The notes: generated from the sequence alone by a model not told the origin. DNA of 64,000 nucleotides from Magnetococcales bacterium (GCA_015232365.1 JADFZU010000004.1:5371-69370); one strand, 5' to 3'; shown: positions 49,776 through 60,021, counted from the stretch's first letter. Program-made: numbers and translations.

Positions 49776-50540
49776 ATGTCTCAATCAAGCACATCTCAAC
49801 ATGTACATCATTGGGAAGTTAGTTGGGCTCCCATGGTTGCGACCTTCGGGATTTTGTTTGCTCTGCCGCTGGCTTTTTCAGCCTATTTTGTTTACGAAAA
49901 TACTCTGCTGACAGTAATATTTGCAGGTATAGGAACTCCAATGATGTTGGCTGGAATAGCCAAATGGGTTAGTGAAACCCTGCATGAAAAACCACTGATA
50001 GAGGGGATGTCACCTGTCGGACTACCCTATTTTATTGTCTCAGAAGTTTTTATCTTTCTGGGATTTTTTGTCAGTTACTGGGCGATGCGCCTTTCTGCTG
50101 GTAATGCATGGCCTCCTGAAGGCACACCAGAATTCAACACGCAACTACCGATTATCATGACAGTGATTCTGGTAGCTTCGAGTATTACCTACCACGTTGC
50201 CGAAGAGAAATATGAGCATAACGATTTTCCTGGTTTTAGAAAATGGTTGATTATCTCAATCGCCTTGGGTTTAATTTTCCTCGGCTGTACATTTTATGAA
50301 TACAACCATCTACTGCATCAGGGTTTCGCTCCATCAACCAACGCATTCAGCAGTATTTTTTACTCAATAACCGGTTTTCATGCTTCTCATGTGATTGTTG
50401 GTCTGGGAGTGTTTATTGCCATTTTAATACCAGCTTTCTCCAACAAGGCTCATAAATCTCTAGTCTTCTGTGGCGGAGTTTATTGGCACTTTGTTGATGT
50501 AGTTTGGTTTTTTGTTGCCTCACAAGTATATTTCTGGTAG
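49776..50540 (+). CDS. coxC: Cytochrome c oxidase subunit III
   Basis: FIVSEVFIF, WPPEG, TGFHASHV, YWHFVDVVW; AAGGAG RBS. Confidence 0.95.
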   Translation: MSQSSTSQHVHHWEVSWAPMVATFGILFALPLAFSAYFVYENTLLTVIFAGIGTPMMLAGIAKWVSETLHEKPLIEGMSPVGLPYFIVSEVFIFLGFFVSYWAMRLSAGNAWPPEGTPEFNTQLPIIMTVILVASSITYHVAEEKYEHNDFPGFRKWLIISIALGLIFLGCTFYEYNHLLHQGFAPSTNAFSSIFYSITGFHASHVIVGLGVFIAILIPAFSNKAHKSLVFCGGVYWHFVDVVWFFVASQVYFW

Positions 50541-50559
50541 AGCAGGCAAAAAATAGAGT

Positions 50560-51384
50560 ATGAGACATATTTTAGCTTTTTTCATTGGCACGATTTTCAT
50601 TTTAGGAACAGTGCCGGTCGAGGCTAACTACTTTCGGCAAAGAGAGTCTGATGTTGACTCAAATGTGTTTCGTATACTTGAAAAGGATTTTATGGGTGTC
50701 CAGTTTGATCAGGACCTTGAGTTAATTGATCAAAATGGAGCACAGCTAAAAGTTGGTGACTTTGCCGGTAAGCCACTGGTTCTTGTATGGTCATATTATT
50801 CCTGTGATGGCAGTTGTTCGGCAGTTAATGCAGAGCTTAAACTTCTGTTGGAACAGGTAGACAGGCAGACAATTGGTGAAAACTACCGGGTTTTAACTCT
50901 CTCATTTGACAAAAATGATACAGTTGAAACCATTAAGGAGTTCCGAAGTTTTCTACAGTTGCCGCCAAAGTGGGAGAAAGCATGGACATTTGCGGTTCTT
51001 AAAGATCCGCAGAAGATAGAAGAGATGACAAAAAAGACCGGTTTCAAGTTTTTCTGGGCTCCTCAAGATAAAACTTTCTACCATCCTAATGTTTTTATCC
51101 TGCTATCTCCAGATGGAAGAATTACCCGATACATCTATGCCCTGACCAATAATGAGAAGGATATGGGGTTGGCTCTGTTAGAGGCAAGAAAGGGTGATTT
51201 TAAAGTAAATGAGGTGATAGACTTTGTAGTTGGGCTCTGTTACAGCTACAACTATAAAGAGGGGCGGTATACCTATAACATACCTCTGTACGTTGGACTT
51301 GGTGCACTTTTTATCGGACTTTCACTGTTGTTTAGTTCGGTTTTGCTTTTTAGGAAAAAGAAATTAAAGGAGGGAACGCAATAA
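50560..51384 (+). CDS. SCO-family copper chaperone
   Basis: YYSCDGSC (CxxxC), distal His (FYHP), C-terminal TM. Confidence 0.88.
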   Translation: MRHILAFFIGTIFILGTVPVEANYFRQRESDVDSNVFRILEKDFMGVQFDQDLELIDQNGAQLKVGDFAGKPLVLVWSYYSCDGSCSAVNAELKLLLEQVDRQTIGENYRVLTLSFDKNDTVETIKEFRSFLQLPPKWEKAWTFAVLKDPQKIEEMTKKTGFKFFWAPQDKTFYHPNVFILLSPDGRITRYIYALTNNEKDMGLALLEARKGDFKVNEVIDFVVGLCYSYNYKEGRYTYNIPLYVGLGALFIGLSLLFSSVLLFRKKKLKEGTQ

Positions 51385-52130
51385 TGAAAAAGATGCTTAC
51401 GGCTTTGACCTGGATTGGGTTGATTATGTCGTCCGCTATCGCAATGGCTTCTGATTCTGCCGGGGTTATAAAAGATCCAGCGGAGAGTTGGAAACACCTT
51501 TGGATGGAAGTGATGATTGACCTCTACATCATGGGCGGTATTTTCGGTGCACTTGCTATATACTGGTTGATTAAGTATAGAGCAAAAAGCCCGGATGCCG
51601 TAGGTAAGGGGCCAAAATTGACACGTTCACAACGTTGGGCCTGGGCTATAGTTCCCTGTGTGCTTTTTCTTGCTGATGACCTGTATCTGGGTGCTAGTGG
51701 TTGGTCGGCCTGGAATGTCTACCGGAATGTTCCCGAGAATGCCATGGAGGTTAAGGTTACTGGCAGAATGTGGAACTGGGAGTTTGAATATGAGGACGGC
51801 ACAACATCCAGCTATGATGTTGATGGTGATGAGGGCGAAAAAGGAGACGGCTTGGTGGTTCCAGTTGGAACGCCAGTAGTGCTTCGCATGACCTCAGAGG
51901 ATGTTGTACACTCCTTTGGCATAACCGAATACCGGGTTAAAGAGGATCTTATGCCCGGACGAATTACCTATATTTGGTTCTACCCCAAAAAAGAGGCAGA
52001 AAGCTGGGTAACATGCACTGAGTTTTGTGGTGCAAATCACTCTAGAATGTATGCACCAATCAAAGCAGTTCCAGCAGCAAAATATCAAGAATGGATAGCC
52101 AAACGTGCTAAGGAGGAGGCTGAAGGATGA
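51384..52130 (+). CDS. coxB: Cytochrome c oxidase subunit II (CuA, no fused cytochrome c)
   Basis: WNWEFEY, DVVHSF, CTEFCGANHSRM. Confidence 0.95.
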   Translation: MKKMLTALTWIGLIMSSAIAMASDSAGVIKDPAESWKHLWMEVMIDLYIMGGIFGALAIYWLIKYRAKSPDAVGKGPKLTRSQRWAWAIVPCVLFLADDLYLGASGWSAWNVYRNVPENAMEVKVTGRMWNWEFEYEDGTTSSYDVDGDEGEKGDGLVVPVGTPVVLRMTSEDVVHSFGITEYRVKEDLMPGRITYIWFYPKKEAESWVTCTEFCGANHSRMYAPIKAVPAAKYQEWIAKRAKEEAEG

Positions 52131-53731
52131 GTAAGAAATCTGAAAAATTCAATTTAAGTGAATGGATTTTTACCACCGACCATAAGCGTATCGGTGTTAT
52201 GTATCTCATTGGATCAATTGCCGCCTTTTCAGTAGCTGGAGTAATGGCGATATTGATTCGTATTGAACAGTCCAGCTTGGGACCAACCCTGGCTGCTGAT
52301 GCCATGACCGCTGGCCAACAGTATAACCAATGGCTATATTTTCATGGTGCTGCCATGATTCTGGCCTTTCTTATTCCTGGCCTTACAGGATTTGCCGCCA
52401 ACTATTTTCTGCCGCTAATGATCGGTGCTGCAGATGTGGCTTTTCCACGGATTAATGCTCTGAGTGTCTGGCTGTTCTGGGCCGGTATCATTGTTGCCCT
52501 GCTCGGTTTTGTTATTCCTGATGCTCCAGATATCATGTGGACCGGTTATCCGCCCTATTCAATATTGACAGGTGGTAATACGGCGTTCTATGTGTTTACA
52601 GTCCATCTTTTGGGGTTTGCCTCCATTTTGGGAGCGGTAAACTTTTTGGTAACTGTTATCTACATGCGTGCTCCTGGTATGGGTTGGAACCAGCTCAACA
52701 TGTTTGTCTGGTCCACAGTTACAGCATTTGTCATCCAGTTGGTTTTTGTTCCTGTTCTCGCTGCTGCGGTTACCATGTTGCTGTTTGATAAGTATTTGGG
52801 AACCCACTTTTTTGATCCTTCGGCAGGTGGCGATGTTCTCCTTTATCAAAACCTCTTCTGGTTTTACTCCCATCCGGCAGTGTATGTGATCCTGCTTCCT
52901 GCCCTCGGCATTCTCTATGAGGTTGTTGCCACATTCAGTAAAAACCGTATCTTTAACTACAAAGCTGCTGTTTATGGTGGAATGTGGGGTGTGGTTTTGA
53001 TTTCTGGTGAGGTTTGGGTTCACCATTTATATGTATCCGGCATGCCAGATTGGATTCGTATCGGACAGATGATCAGCACCCTGCTTATCTCCCTTCCGGT
53101 TGGTCTATTGGCGATATCCTTGTTTGGTACTCTGTACAAGGGAGCTATAACTTTTGAACTACCTATGAAGTATGCAGTATCCTGCCTGTTTTTATTCCTT
53201 ATTGGTGGCTTGACCGGTATACCTCTTGCTATTACTGCTCTTGATCTGCATCTATCTGATACTTCGTTCATCCATGCTCATTTCCACTATATAATGGGTA
53301 TTTTTGCAACCTTCTCAGTGTTTGCTGCAGTCTACTACTGGTTCCCAAAAATGACTGGTAAAATGTACAATGACAAGTGGGGAACCATTGGTTTCTGGCT
53401 GAATTTTATCGGTGTTAATGTCACATTTATGCCGCTTTTCAAAATCGGTGTTGATGGTATGCCTCGTCGTTACTGGAACTATGAGATGTTCCCGCAGTTT
53501 GAAACATGGCATTATATCGCTATGTTGGGAGCTTTGTTGGTAGCTTCAGGTATGATTATTACCATTCTTAACTGGATCATGAGTGCTATGAATGGTAAGA
53601 AGTCCGTTGACAACCCATGGAAATCAAAATCTTTGGAGTGGACTCATACGGTCAACCCTCCTGGACCTGGTAACTTTCTGAAAGATGTAAAAGTTGCTGA
53701 TGATTGGACACCTTATGACTACGGAAAATAA
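52127..53731 (+). CDS. coxA: Cytochrome c oxidase subunit I, A2 type
   Basis: TTDHKRIG, FWFYSHPAVY (YS motif), VWVHHLY, HAHFHY, GMPRRY. Confidence 0.97.
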   Translation: MSKKSEKFNLSEWIFTTDHKRIGVMYLIGSIAAFSVAGVMAILIRIEQSSLGPTLAADAMTAGQQYNQWLYFHGAAMILAFLIPGLTGFAANYFLPLMIGAADVAFPRINALSVWLFWAGIIVALLGFVIPDAPDIMWTGYPPYSILTGGNTAFYVFTVHLLGFASILGAVNFLVTVIYMRAPGMGWNQLNMFVWSTVTAFVIQLVFVPVLAAAVTMLLFDKYLGTHFFDPSAGGDVLLYQNLFWFYSHPAVYVILLPALGILYEVVATFSKNRIFNYKAAVYGGMWGVVLISGEVWVHHLYVSGMPDWIRIGQMISTLLISLPVGLLAISLFGTLYKGAITFELPMKYAVSCLFLFLIGGLTGIPLAITALDLHLSDTSFIHAHFHYIMGIFATFSVFAAVYYWFPKMTGKMYNDKWGTIGFWLNFIGVNVTFMPLFKIGVDGMPRRYWNYEMFPQFETWHYIAMLGALLVASGMIITILNWIMSAMNGKKSVDNPWKSKSLEWTHTVNPPGPGNFLKDVKVADDWTPYDYGK

Positions 53732-53834
53732 GATACCGAAAAAAAAGTTATGGATTACTGCTGGTCTGTTGATGCTGTTGGCTATTTTGATCAACATCTC
53801 CATCTACTATAAGGTCAGCCGTTACGGTCCGTAA
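53715..53834 (+). CDS. 39-aa single-TM protein, candidate small oxidase subunit (absent from the ORF track)
   Basis: Hand translation: MTTENKIPKKKLWITAGLLMLLAILINISIYYKVSRYGP. Overlaps the coxA end and lies before the terminator. Confidence 0.65.
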   Translation: MTTENKIPKKKLWITAGLLMLLAILINISIYYKVSRYGP

Positions 53835-53874
53835 CCAACGTTTGAATTAGCAGAAAATTCGTTCAATACTATTG

Positions 53875-53917
53875 CCCCTTCTCTTGCAGAGTACTACTCT
53901 TTGAGAGAAGGGGTTTT
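53875..53917 (+). terminator. Intrinsic terminator of the cox operon
   Basis: CCCCTTCTCT...AGAGAAGGGG followed by TTTT. Confidence 0.75.
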
Positions 53918-54155
53918 GCCATATTAGGTTGGCTTTACTCTAGAACTTCTTAAACAGCGTGTAGGCGACATGATCATTGGCTTTAGCTGTTGCTTATCTT
54001 GTTGTTATTAATCAGTTTCTTCTATCTGTCTCCATACTGCTCTTAAATTTTTTAGCGGATTTTTGGTTCTAAGCGTAATCTAGGAATTATTATTATCGCT
54101 ATTATTAGCCGATGTTAACCAGCTCTTTTGGGCTAGACTTTAAAGTGATTTCTAA

Positions 54156-54821
54156 TTGATGAGCAGTAAAACAAATAAAATATCAGTTAAACAGCTTATT
54201 ATTGTCAATATCTTGATATTAATAGGGCTGTTCAGTTGCTTTAAACTGTGGCAACACTATTTTGCCAGCCCTAAAATTCCTAAAGAGTTGCGTGGTATTG
54301 TCCTGCCTGAACCAATTTCTTTAAAACCATTTCGGTTGGTTGACCATTTTAGTAAACCATTCAACATGGAACGCCTCCAGGGAAGTTGGAGTTTTGTTTT
54401 TTTCGGCTATACACAGTGCCCTGATGTCTGCCCTATTTCCATGGGTCTATTGGCAGATACATTTGAACGTTTGAGTAAAGTTCCTGGTGTTTTAGATAAT
54501 ACTCAAGCCGTATTCATATCTGTCGACCCAGGACGGGACACTCCAGAGTTGCTAAAATCATATGTACCTTACTATAACCCTGAATTTCTTGGTGTTACAG
54601 GCACAGCTGAGCAGTTGCGTGCTTTTGCCAAACAGATGTTAGCTAGTTATGTCATCTCTTCAAAAGTAGATGAGGATGGCGACTACACTGTGGCTCATAC
54701 TTCAGCATTTTTTCTTGTTGACCCTAAAGGGCAACTTTTTGCTATATTTCAATCCCAGTTTCATGACCCGGAAAAAATGGCAGAATATTTTATTAGTATA
54801 AGAACTAATTATGAAAAGTAG
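54156..54821 (+). CDS. SCO1/SenC-family protein
   Basis: FFGYTQCPDVCP, ISVDPGRDT, YTVAHTS. Confidence 0.93.
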   Translation: MMSSKTNKISVKQLIIVNILILIGLFSCFKLWQHYFASPKIPKELRGIVLPEPISLKPFRLVDHFSKPFNMERLQGSWSFVFFGYTQCPDVCPISMGLLADTFERLSKVPGVLDNTQAVFISVDPGRDTPELLKSYVPYYNPEFLGVTGTAEQLRAFAKQMLASYVISSKVDEDGDYTVAHTSAFFLVDPKGQLFAIFQSQFHDPEKMAEYFISIRTNYEK

Positions 54822-55118
54822 ATGGTTTCTTCTATGTTGTATGTAAGTGCTGTCGAAAAAGTTATTTATAGGTTTATACAAACAAAATCATAGTGTATTA
54901 GCCAAAAGCCAAATTAGAAATGGGGGCATCAAAACTCCAAAGCCATGCATCAAACTTTGTTTTAACCAATATTGATGTAACATAAATAGAGATCCTTGCG
55001 GTTCTGAAATATAGTTTAAATTTCTACAAATTGCATAAATTTCTTAAATATTTCCAAGTTTTAGTATATATTGTACCAGATGGGCTGCTTTATAGAAAAA
55101 ATAGGATAAAAAAATTAG

Positions 55119-55169
55119 TTTGAGTCAGGTATTGTTCTGTGCAGTAGTTACCAGTTATGAAGTATAAAT
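55119..55169. promoter_or_regulatory. Motif block shared with the cox upstream region
   Basis: TTTGAGTCAGGTA...GTAGTTAC...AAGTATAAAT. Confidence 0.5.
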
Positions 55170-55315
55170 TTTTATAGAAATTTTAAGTTTTGCAATGCAT
55201 AACTTTTTATTATTGCTGGCATTTTATTGACTATCTTGTTTGTTTGACTATGTTGGCTTTGTTAAGTTCACGCACGTCGGCTGGGGTCTGAAAACAGAAA
55301 TTAGGAATTGCAAAA

Positions 55316-56179
55316 ATGAAAAACATGACATGGACACCTTATGTTGAATTGATGAAACTGAAGATAGGCGGCATGATTGCTCTGACCGCAGTTGTCTCTT
55401 ATTTATCAATGATGGAGAGTTTCGACGTTGTTCATCTCATTGTTCTTATTACTATTATGCTGCTGGGTGCTTCTAGTTCTGCCGTTTTCAACCACTGGTA
55501 CGACCGAGATATTGATCAGAAGATGGAGAGGACTGCAAACCGCCCGTTAGCTACAGCACAGATTAACCCTGACCATGCTCTGTGGATGGCAAAAGGGTTG
55601 TTGGTTGCTGGAGTAGGGCTTGGAATCTGGTTTTTCAACCCAATGGTTGGATTGCACCTATTTTTAGGGGCTTTTTTTTATGGCATCGTCTATACCGTTT
55701 GGTTGAAGCGGCGAACATGGCTGAATATTGTTCTCGGTGGTCTTGCTGGAAGTTTTGCTGTGATGGCTGGTGCTGCATCAGTCAACCCAGACATGTACGT
55801 TCTACCGCTACTTTTAGCCCTGGTACTGTTTTTCTGGACTCCGTCACATTTTTGGAGTCTTGCTATACATCTAAAGAAAGAGTACCAGAAAGTTGGTGTC
55901 CCCATGTTGCCGGTGGTTGTTGGTGATAAAAAAGCTGCCCAATATATCTTCATCAATACAATTTTACTGGTAGCTTCATCAATGCTCCCATGGGTATTTG
56001 ACAAGTTGGGTCTCATCTATCTTAGCGGTGCCTTATTGGCTGGCGGTCTTTTTCTATTTGGCAATGTACAACTATTAAAAAATCCTACTTGTGAAAATGG
56101 CTGGAAAAACTTTACCGGCTCCATGCGTTATCTTGGCATTCTATTTATTGCCATCGTAATAGATAAAAATTTCTATTAG
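55316..56179 (+). CDS. ctaB: Protoheme IX farnesyltransferase (heme O synthase)
   Basis: NHWYDRDIDQKMERTANRPL, YTVWLKRRT, FWTPSHFWSLA, VPMLPV. Confidence 0.96.
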   Translation: MKNMTWTPYVELMKLKIGGMIALTAVVSYLSMMESFDVVHLIVLITIMLLGASSSAVFNHWYDRDIDQKMERTANRPLATAQINPDHALWMAKGLLVAGVGLGIWFFNPMVGLHLFLGAFFYGIVYTVWLKRRTWLNIVLGGLAGSFAVMAGAASVNPDMYVLPLLLALVLFFWTPSHFWSLAIHLKKEYQKVGVPMLPVVVGDKKAAQYIFINTILLVASSMLPWVFDKLGLIYLSGALLAGGLFLFGNVQLLKNPTCENGWKNFTGSMRYLGILFIAIVIDKNFY

Positions 56180-56402
56180 AATCAGACCTATAAATTACCG
56201 TAATTACGCCTGTCAGGTGAATCAATTAACGGTTTATAGAGAGTCCAGGTCTATACTGTTACCACTTTCAGAATCAGTAAGCTTTGATATATGTAGTAGA
56301 ATTAGTCGGTTTTCTTTTTTTGGGAAATTTGTTGAGACAATTGAAATTTTACAAGCTCCATAAGAGATTCTATTAAAATCACAATACATTTATTTCCATG
56401 TT

Positions 56403-56570
56403 TAACCATAGATTCTGCAGTTATTCGTACATCACTGGTGCAACCTCTTGACTCACATGGTAAATCAGAAAAAATCTCCTCACCAACAAGGTGACTTCGA
56501 TTTTTCCTGATTCACAGACAAACCAATATCTCATGCTATTAATGCACCCCCAAATGCTGAATCTAGGTTA
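56403..56570. repeat. ~168-bp MITE-like element copy
   Basis: TAACCATAGATTCTGCAG...TGCTGAATCTAGGTTA; central ATCAGAAAAAATC..TCACC-AACAA-GGTGA..GATTTTTCCTGAT hairpin. Confidence 0.9.
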
Positions 56571-56805
56571 ACAGTTTTTCAGTAGCTAAATAATCTACTA
56601 TTTAACTCTATTCTGTTAACAAATAATTTTAATATTGATACAGGTAGTGTAGACTTAGGTAACACTGAACTACTAAGCAGCAATGTTTAATCAACTAAAT
56701 ATTGGGGGTATTTGCGTTGAAGTTGTTTGTATTTTTTTTTCTCAGCAACACCATTCTAAAATCTCTTCCCATAACTGCTGCTCAACAAAAAATTGTTGAG
56801 AGCTT

Positions 56806-58740
56806 ATGAATCCAATTTCCAAATTTACCAACAACCGGGTTGTTACTGATGCCGGAGTATTCTTGTTCCTGCTAACGCTGTTGGTTGTTGGTCAGTGGTC
56901 AAGTGTATTTGAGAGGTGGGAGCTAGGGGCTTACGATTTGAGTTTGCGCTGGCGTATGGAAAAACCAGCCAATAGCGACAAAGTTGTGCAGATTCTAGCC
57001 AATGAAGAGGACCTTAACCAACTTGGCTGGCCTCTATCCGACCAGGTTTTAGCCAAGGTTTTAAATAAGCTTCATGTTGCAGCACCAAGAGTTATCGGGT
57101 TGGATTTTTACCGTGAGCAGCCCCGCCCTCCTGGACATGAAGAGTTGGTAGCTGCTTTTAAAAATGTCCCGGAAACTATAGCTGTTTTTAAATTTGGCGG
57201 CTCAAAAGCAAAAATGGTTCCACCTCCACCAGTTCTGGATGGTTTAGAGAGAAGCGGTTTTGCCGACTGGTTGGTTGATAGTGATGGGGTTGTCCGTCAG
57301 GGGCTTTTATATTTGAGCCGTGATGGTAGAGTCAGCTCCTCCCTTGCCCTACGTTTAGGGCTTGAATATCTGGCGGCAGATGGGATCACTGCCAAGCCCG
57401 ACCCGGTCAACCCAAAATATTTACGCCTTGGTAAAACCACCCTGCGACCTCTAGGTGCAAAAGATGGTGGATATGCTGGCTCCAATAGCGGTGGATACCG
57501 TTTTCTTCTCGATTTTAGAGGAGGGGAGAACCCCTTTCAGGTATACTCATTCCTTGATCTGCTAGAGGGACGAGTCCCTGCAGAGAAGATAGAAGACCGG
57601 ATAGTTATTCTTGGCCCTGGTGCAGATAGCGTTAAAGATCAGTTCCTATCCCCGTTCAGCCTGGGTGGAAGTAGTGAAAATGCTTTCATGTTTGGCCCGG
57701 TTCTCCATGCCCATGCAGTTAACCAGTTATTGCGTATTGCAGAGGGTGGCAGTGCCCAGATAATAACTATAAATGAGTTTTTTGAGCTTCTGTGGCTTTC
57801 ATGCTGGATAGTTATGGGGTTGATTATCGGTAGAACTCCATTTAATACGGTTACTTTTGCCTGGCGTACCAGTTTAGCCGGTGTTGGACCTCTATTGATC
57901 CAGATAATTCTAATCCATGGGAATATCTGGTTGCCATCTGCGGTGGCTACCCTGGGCTTTGTTCTAGCAGCAATTCTAGCTACAGCCATGGCATCACATG
58001 AAGAGCGTAAACAGCGACGAATGCTGAGGTTTTTGTTGGACAAATCTGTTTCACCAGCAGTAGCTGAAGAGATTTTGGCAAATAGAGAGCAGGTAGTTGG
58101 TGGTGGAAAAATTCGTACCCAAAAGCTCAGTGCTTCGGTTCTATTTACCGACCTGGTAAACTTCACTCCAGTAGCTGAGCGTATGGAGCCGGAGGTGTTA
58201 ATGCTCTGGCTTAATGAATATATGGGGGCTATGGCTGGTAAAATCATGGTCAATGGAGGGGTGGTAGATAAATTTATTGGTGATGCTATAATGGCTCTCT
58301 TTGGTGTTCCTGTGGCAAGGGAGTCTGAGGAGGATATTGATCAGGATGTGGTTAATGCTGTCAGTTCTGCTATGGGCATGTGGGATATATTGGAACATGA
58401 GCTGATTCCGGCATGGAAAAAACGTGGCCTGCCTGAGATTTCAATGCGGGTTGGTATACACACAGGTATGTTGGTGGCTGGTGGTTTGGGACATGAGGAG
58501 AGAATGGACTATACTGTGCTTGGTGATACCGTCAACATTGCTGCCCGTTTGGAGAGTCTAAAGCCTGGGACTGAGTTTACAATTCAACCATCTATCTGTC
58601 GTATTCTTATCTCTGAGGCAGCTTGTGCCAGGTTGGGCGGTAAATTTGAGACTGCCCTGGTTGGAGATATGGTTTTAAAAGGGCGGTCAGAAACCATAGA
58701 GGTTCATCAGGTTTTAGGGGTTAGCAAACATAATGATTGA
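56806..58740 (+). CDS. CHASE2-domain class III adenylate/guanylate cyclase
   Basis: CHASE2 (WP, VIGLDFYR, DSDGVVR, GPVLHAH), 3 TM, LFTDLVNFT, DKFIGDAIM, DYTVLGDTVNIAARLES; the Lys/Asp residues suggest ATP specificity. Confidence 0.93.
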   Translation: MNPISKFTNNRVVTDAGVFLFLLTLLVVGQWSSVFERWELGAYDLSLRWRMEKPANSDKVVQILANEEDLNQLGWPLSDQVLAKVLNKLHVAAPRVIGLDFYREQPRPPGHEELVAAFKNVPETIAVFKFGGSKAKMVPPPPVLDGLERSGFADWLVDSDGVVRQGLLYLSRDGRVSSSLALRLGLEYLAADGITAKPDPVNPKYLRLGKTTLRPLGAKDGGYAGSNSGGYRFLLDFRGGENPFQVYSFLDLLEGRVPAEKIEDRIVILGPGADSVKDQFLSPFSLGGSSENAFMFGPVLHAHAVNQLLRIAEGGSAQIITINEFFELLWLSCWIVMGLIIGRTPFNTVTFAWRTSLAGVGPLLIQIILIHGNIWLPSAVATLGFVLAAILATAMASHEERKQRRMLRFLLDKSVSPAVAEEILANREQVVGGGKIRTQKLSASVLFTDLVNFTPVAERMEPEVLMLWLNEYMGAMAGKIMVNGGVVDKFIGDAIMALFGVPVARESEEDIDQDVVNAVSSAMGMWDILEHELIPAWKKRGLPEISMRVGIHTGMLVAGGLGHEERMDYTVLGDTVNIAARLESLKPGTEFTIQPSICRILISEAACARLGGKFETALVGDMVLKGRSETIEVHQVLGVSKHND

Positions 58741-58775
58741 TGGACTATTCCAACTATTCAATCGAAACCCACGAT

Positions 58776-58864
58776 CTTGAGATTTGGCAGGTCAAAACAT
58801 AATGTCTAGATAAACCGGAGTATTGTACCATAAGTGCCTGTCTAACTGCCAAAAAACAGGGTTA
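58776..58864. repeat. Internally deleted copy of the MITE-like element
   Basis: Left end AGATTTGGCAG joined to the right half AGATAAACC..TTGTACCAT..TGC..AACTGCC..GGTTA. Confidence 0.65.
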
Positions 58865-59007
58865 TTTATTGAAAGCTGAACTCTTAAAAGTTTTTTGTTA
58901 CAATACTTGAATGTTCAAGGTAAGTTATCTTCTAGATAATTTTAGAAATCAGCCCAGTATTATCTAGAGTTTCTACTGGGGGTTATTTGATGATGAGGTG
59001 TTATAAA

Positions 59008-59982
59008 ATGTATAAACAGATCTGTTATACACTTTTGCTATTTACAGTTTTAATAGCTTCGCCAGTTTCAGGTTGGAGTGAATCTAACAGTTTTAAACCA
59101 GAAGGTGTAGGAGCACCAGTACGACTTGTTGGAGGCGGTACCAGGGGTATTTCAATCAAGCCGGATAAAGAGGTTAGATCGCTAATTCGTGCCTCTGATG
59201 GTTTCGCTTATCTGGGAGAGGACATGACTATCAAACAGGCAAGACGGGCCGCAGAGCTTGATGCTAAACGGGCAGTTTTGGAGGGGGTCTCAACATATAT
59301 TGAGTCCAAAAGTCAGGTAACTGACGGTATGTTGGATTTTGATGTTATAAAGTCTGAAGCTGGCGGTGAAGTTTCAGTTCTTGAGCATAAAGATTATGGC
59401 CTGGAGAACGGGCGCTATCACTATTGGATCAAAGCTGAAGTTAAATATGGCATGAAACCAAAAAAGGTTGTAGCGGCAGCAAGTAGCAACAGCTCTCTCT
59501 GGAGTAGTTCCAATGCTCCTTTAACAGTAAGGGTATGGAGCGACCATAAAGTTTTTAAGGATGGAGATATGATGGTCCTGTTTTTGGAAGGAAACCGGGA
59601 CTTTTATGCTCGTGTAGTAGATTATATGTCTGATGGTAGTATTGTTCAGCTTTTGCCCAATACCCACCGCCAGGATAATTTTTTCAAAGGTGGCATGGTG
59701 CATAAAATTCCTGATTATGACAAAGGCGACCAGTTTGAGATGGAGATAGGGCCTCCATATGGCACCGACCGGATTGTGGTCTATGCTAGTAACTCCCCAT
59801 TGGGCTCAGTTCCAACCGATGATATTGGAAATGGAATGAGGCTATATCAGGGGACTCAGGAGCAGATGTCGAAAAAAAGTCGCGGCGTATCAATTAAAGC
59901 TGCTAAAGGTGGTGGCAAAGCCGTGGATGAAAATGTTGAATTTATTGAGACTGTTTGGGAGATTGACACTACTGAAAAATAG
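59008..59982 (+). CDS. Secreted protein with LPP20/FlgT-N-like region and DUF4384-like domain
   Basis: Signal peptide; ARRAAELDAKRAVLE; C-terminal VWSD..FKDGD..NRDFY..QLLPN..PPYGTDRIVVYAS. Confidence 0.7.
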   Translation: MYKQICYTLLLFTVLIASPVSGWSESNSFKPEGVGAPVRLVGGGTRGISIKPDKEVRSLIRASDGFAYLGEDMTIKQARRAAELDAKRAVLEGVSTYIESKSQVTDGMLDFDVIKSEAGGEVSVLEHKDYGLENGRYHYWIKAEVKYGMKPKKVVAAASSNSSLWSSSNAPLTVRVWSDHKVFKDGDMMVLFLEGNRDFYARVVDYMSDGSIVQLLPNTHRQDNFFKGGMVHKIPDYDKGDQFEMEIGPPYGTDRIVVYASNSPLGSVPTDDIGNGMRLYQGTQEQMSKKSRGVSIKAAKGGGKAVDENVEFIETVWEIDTTEK

Positions 59983-60021
59983 TAGTGTTAATTGGTATCT
60001 ACTTGCAGTGAGGTGGAGAAT

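Noticed and set aside
54960-55020. Further very degenerate copy of the 168-bp repeat
   Set aside because: Only short matches (AACCAATAT, TTCTGAA); not distinguishable from AT-rich background.
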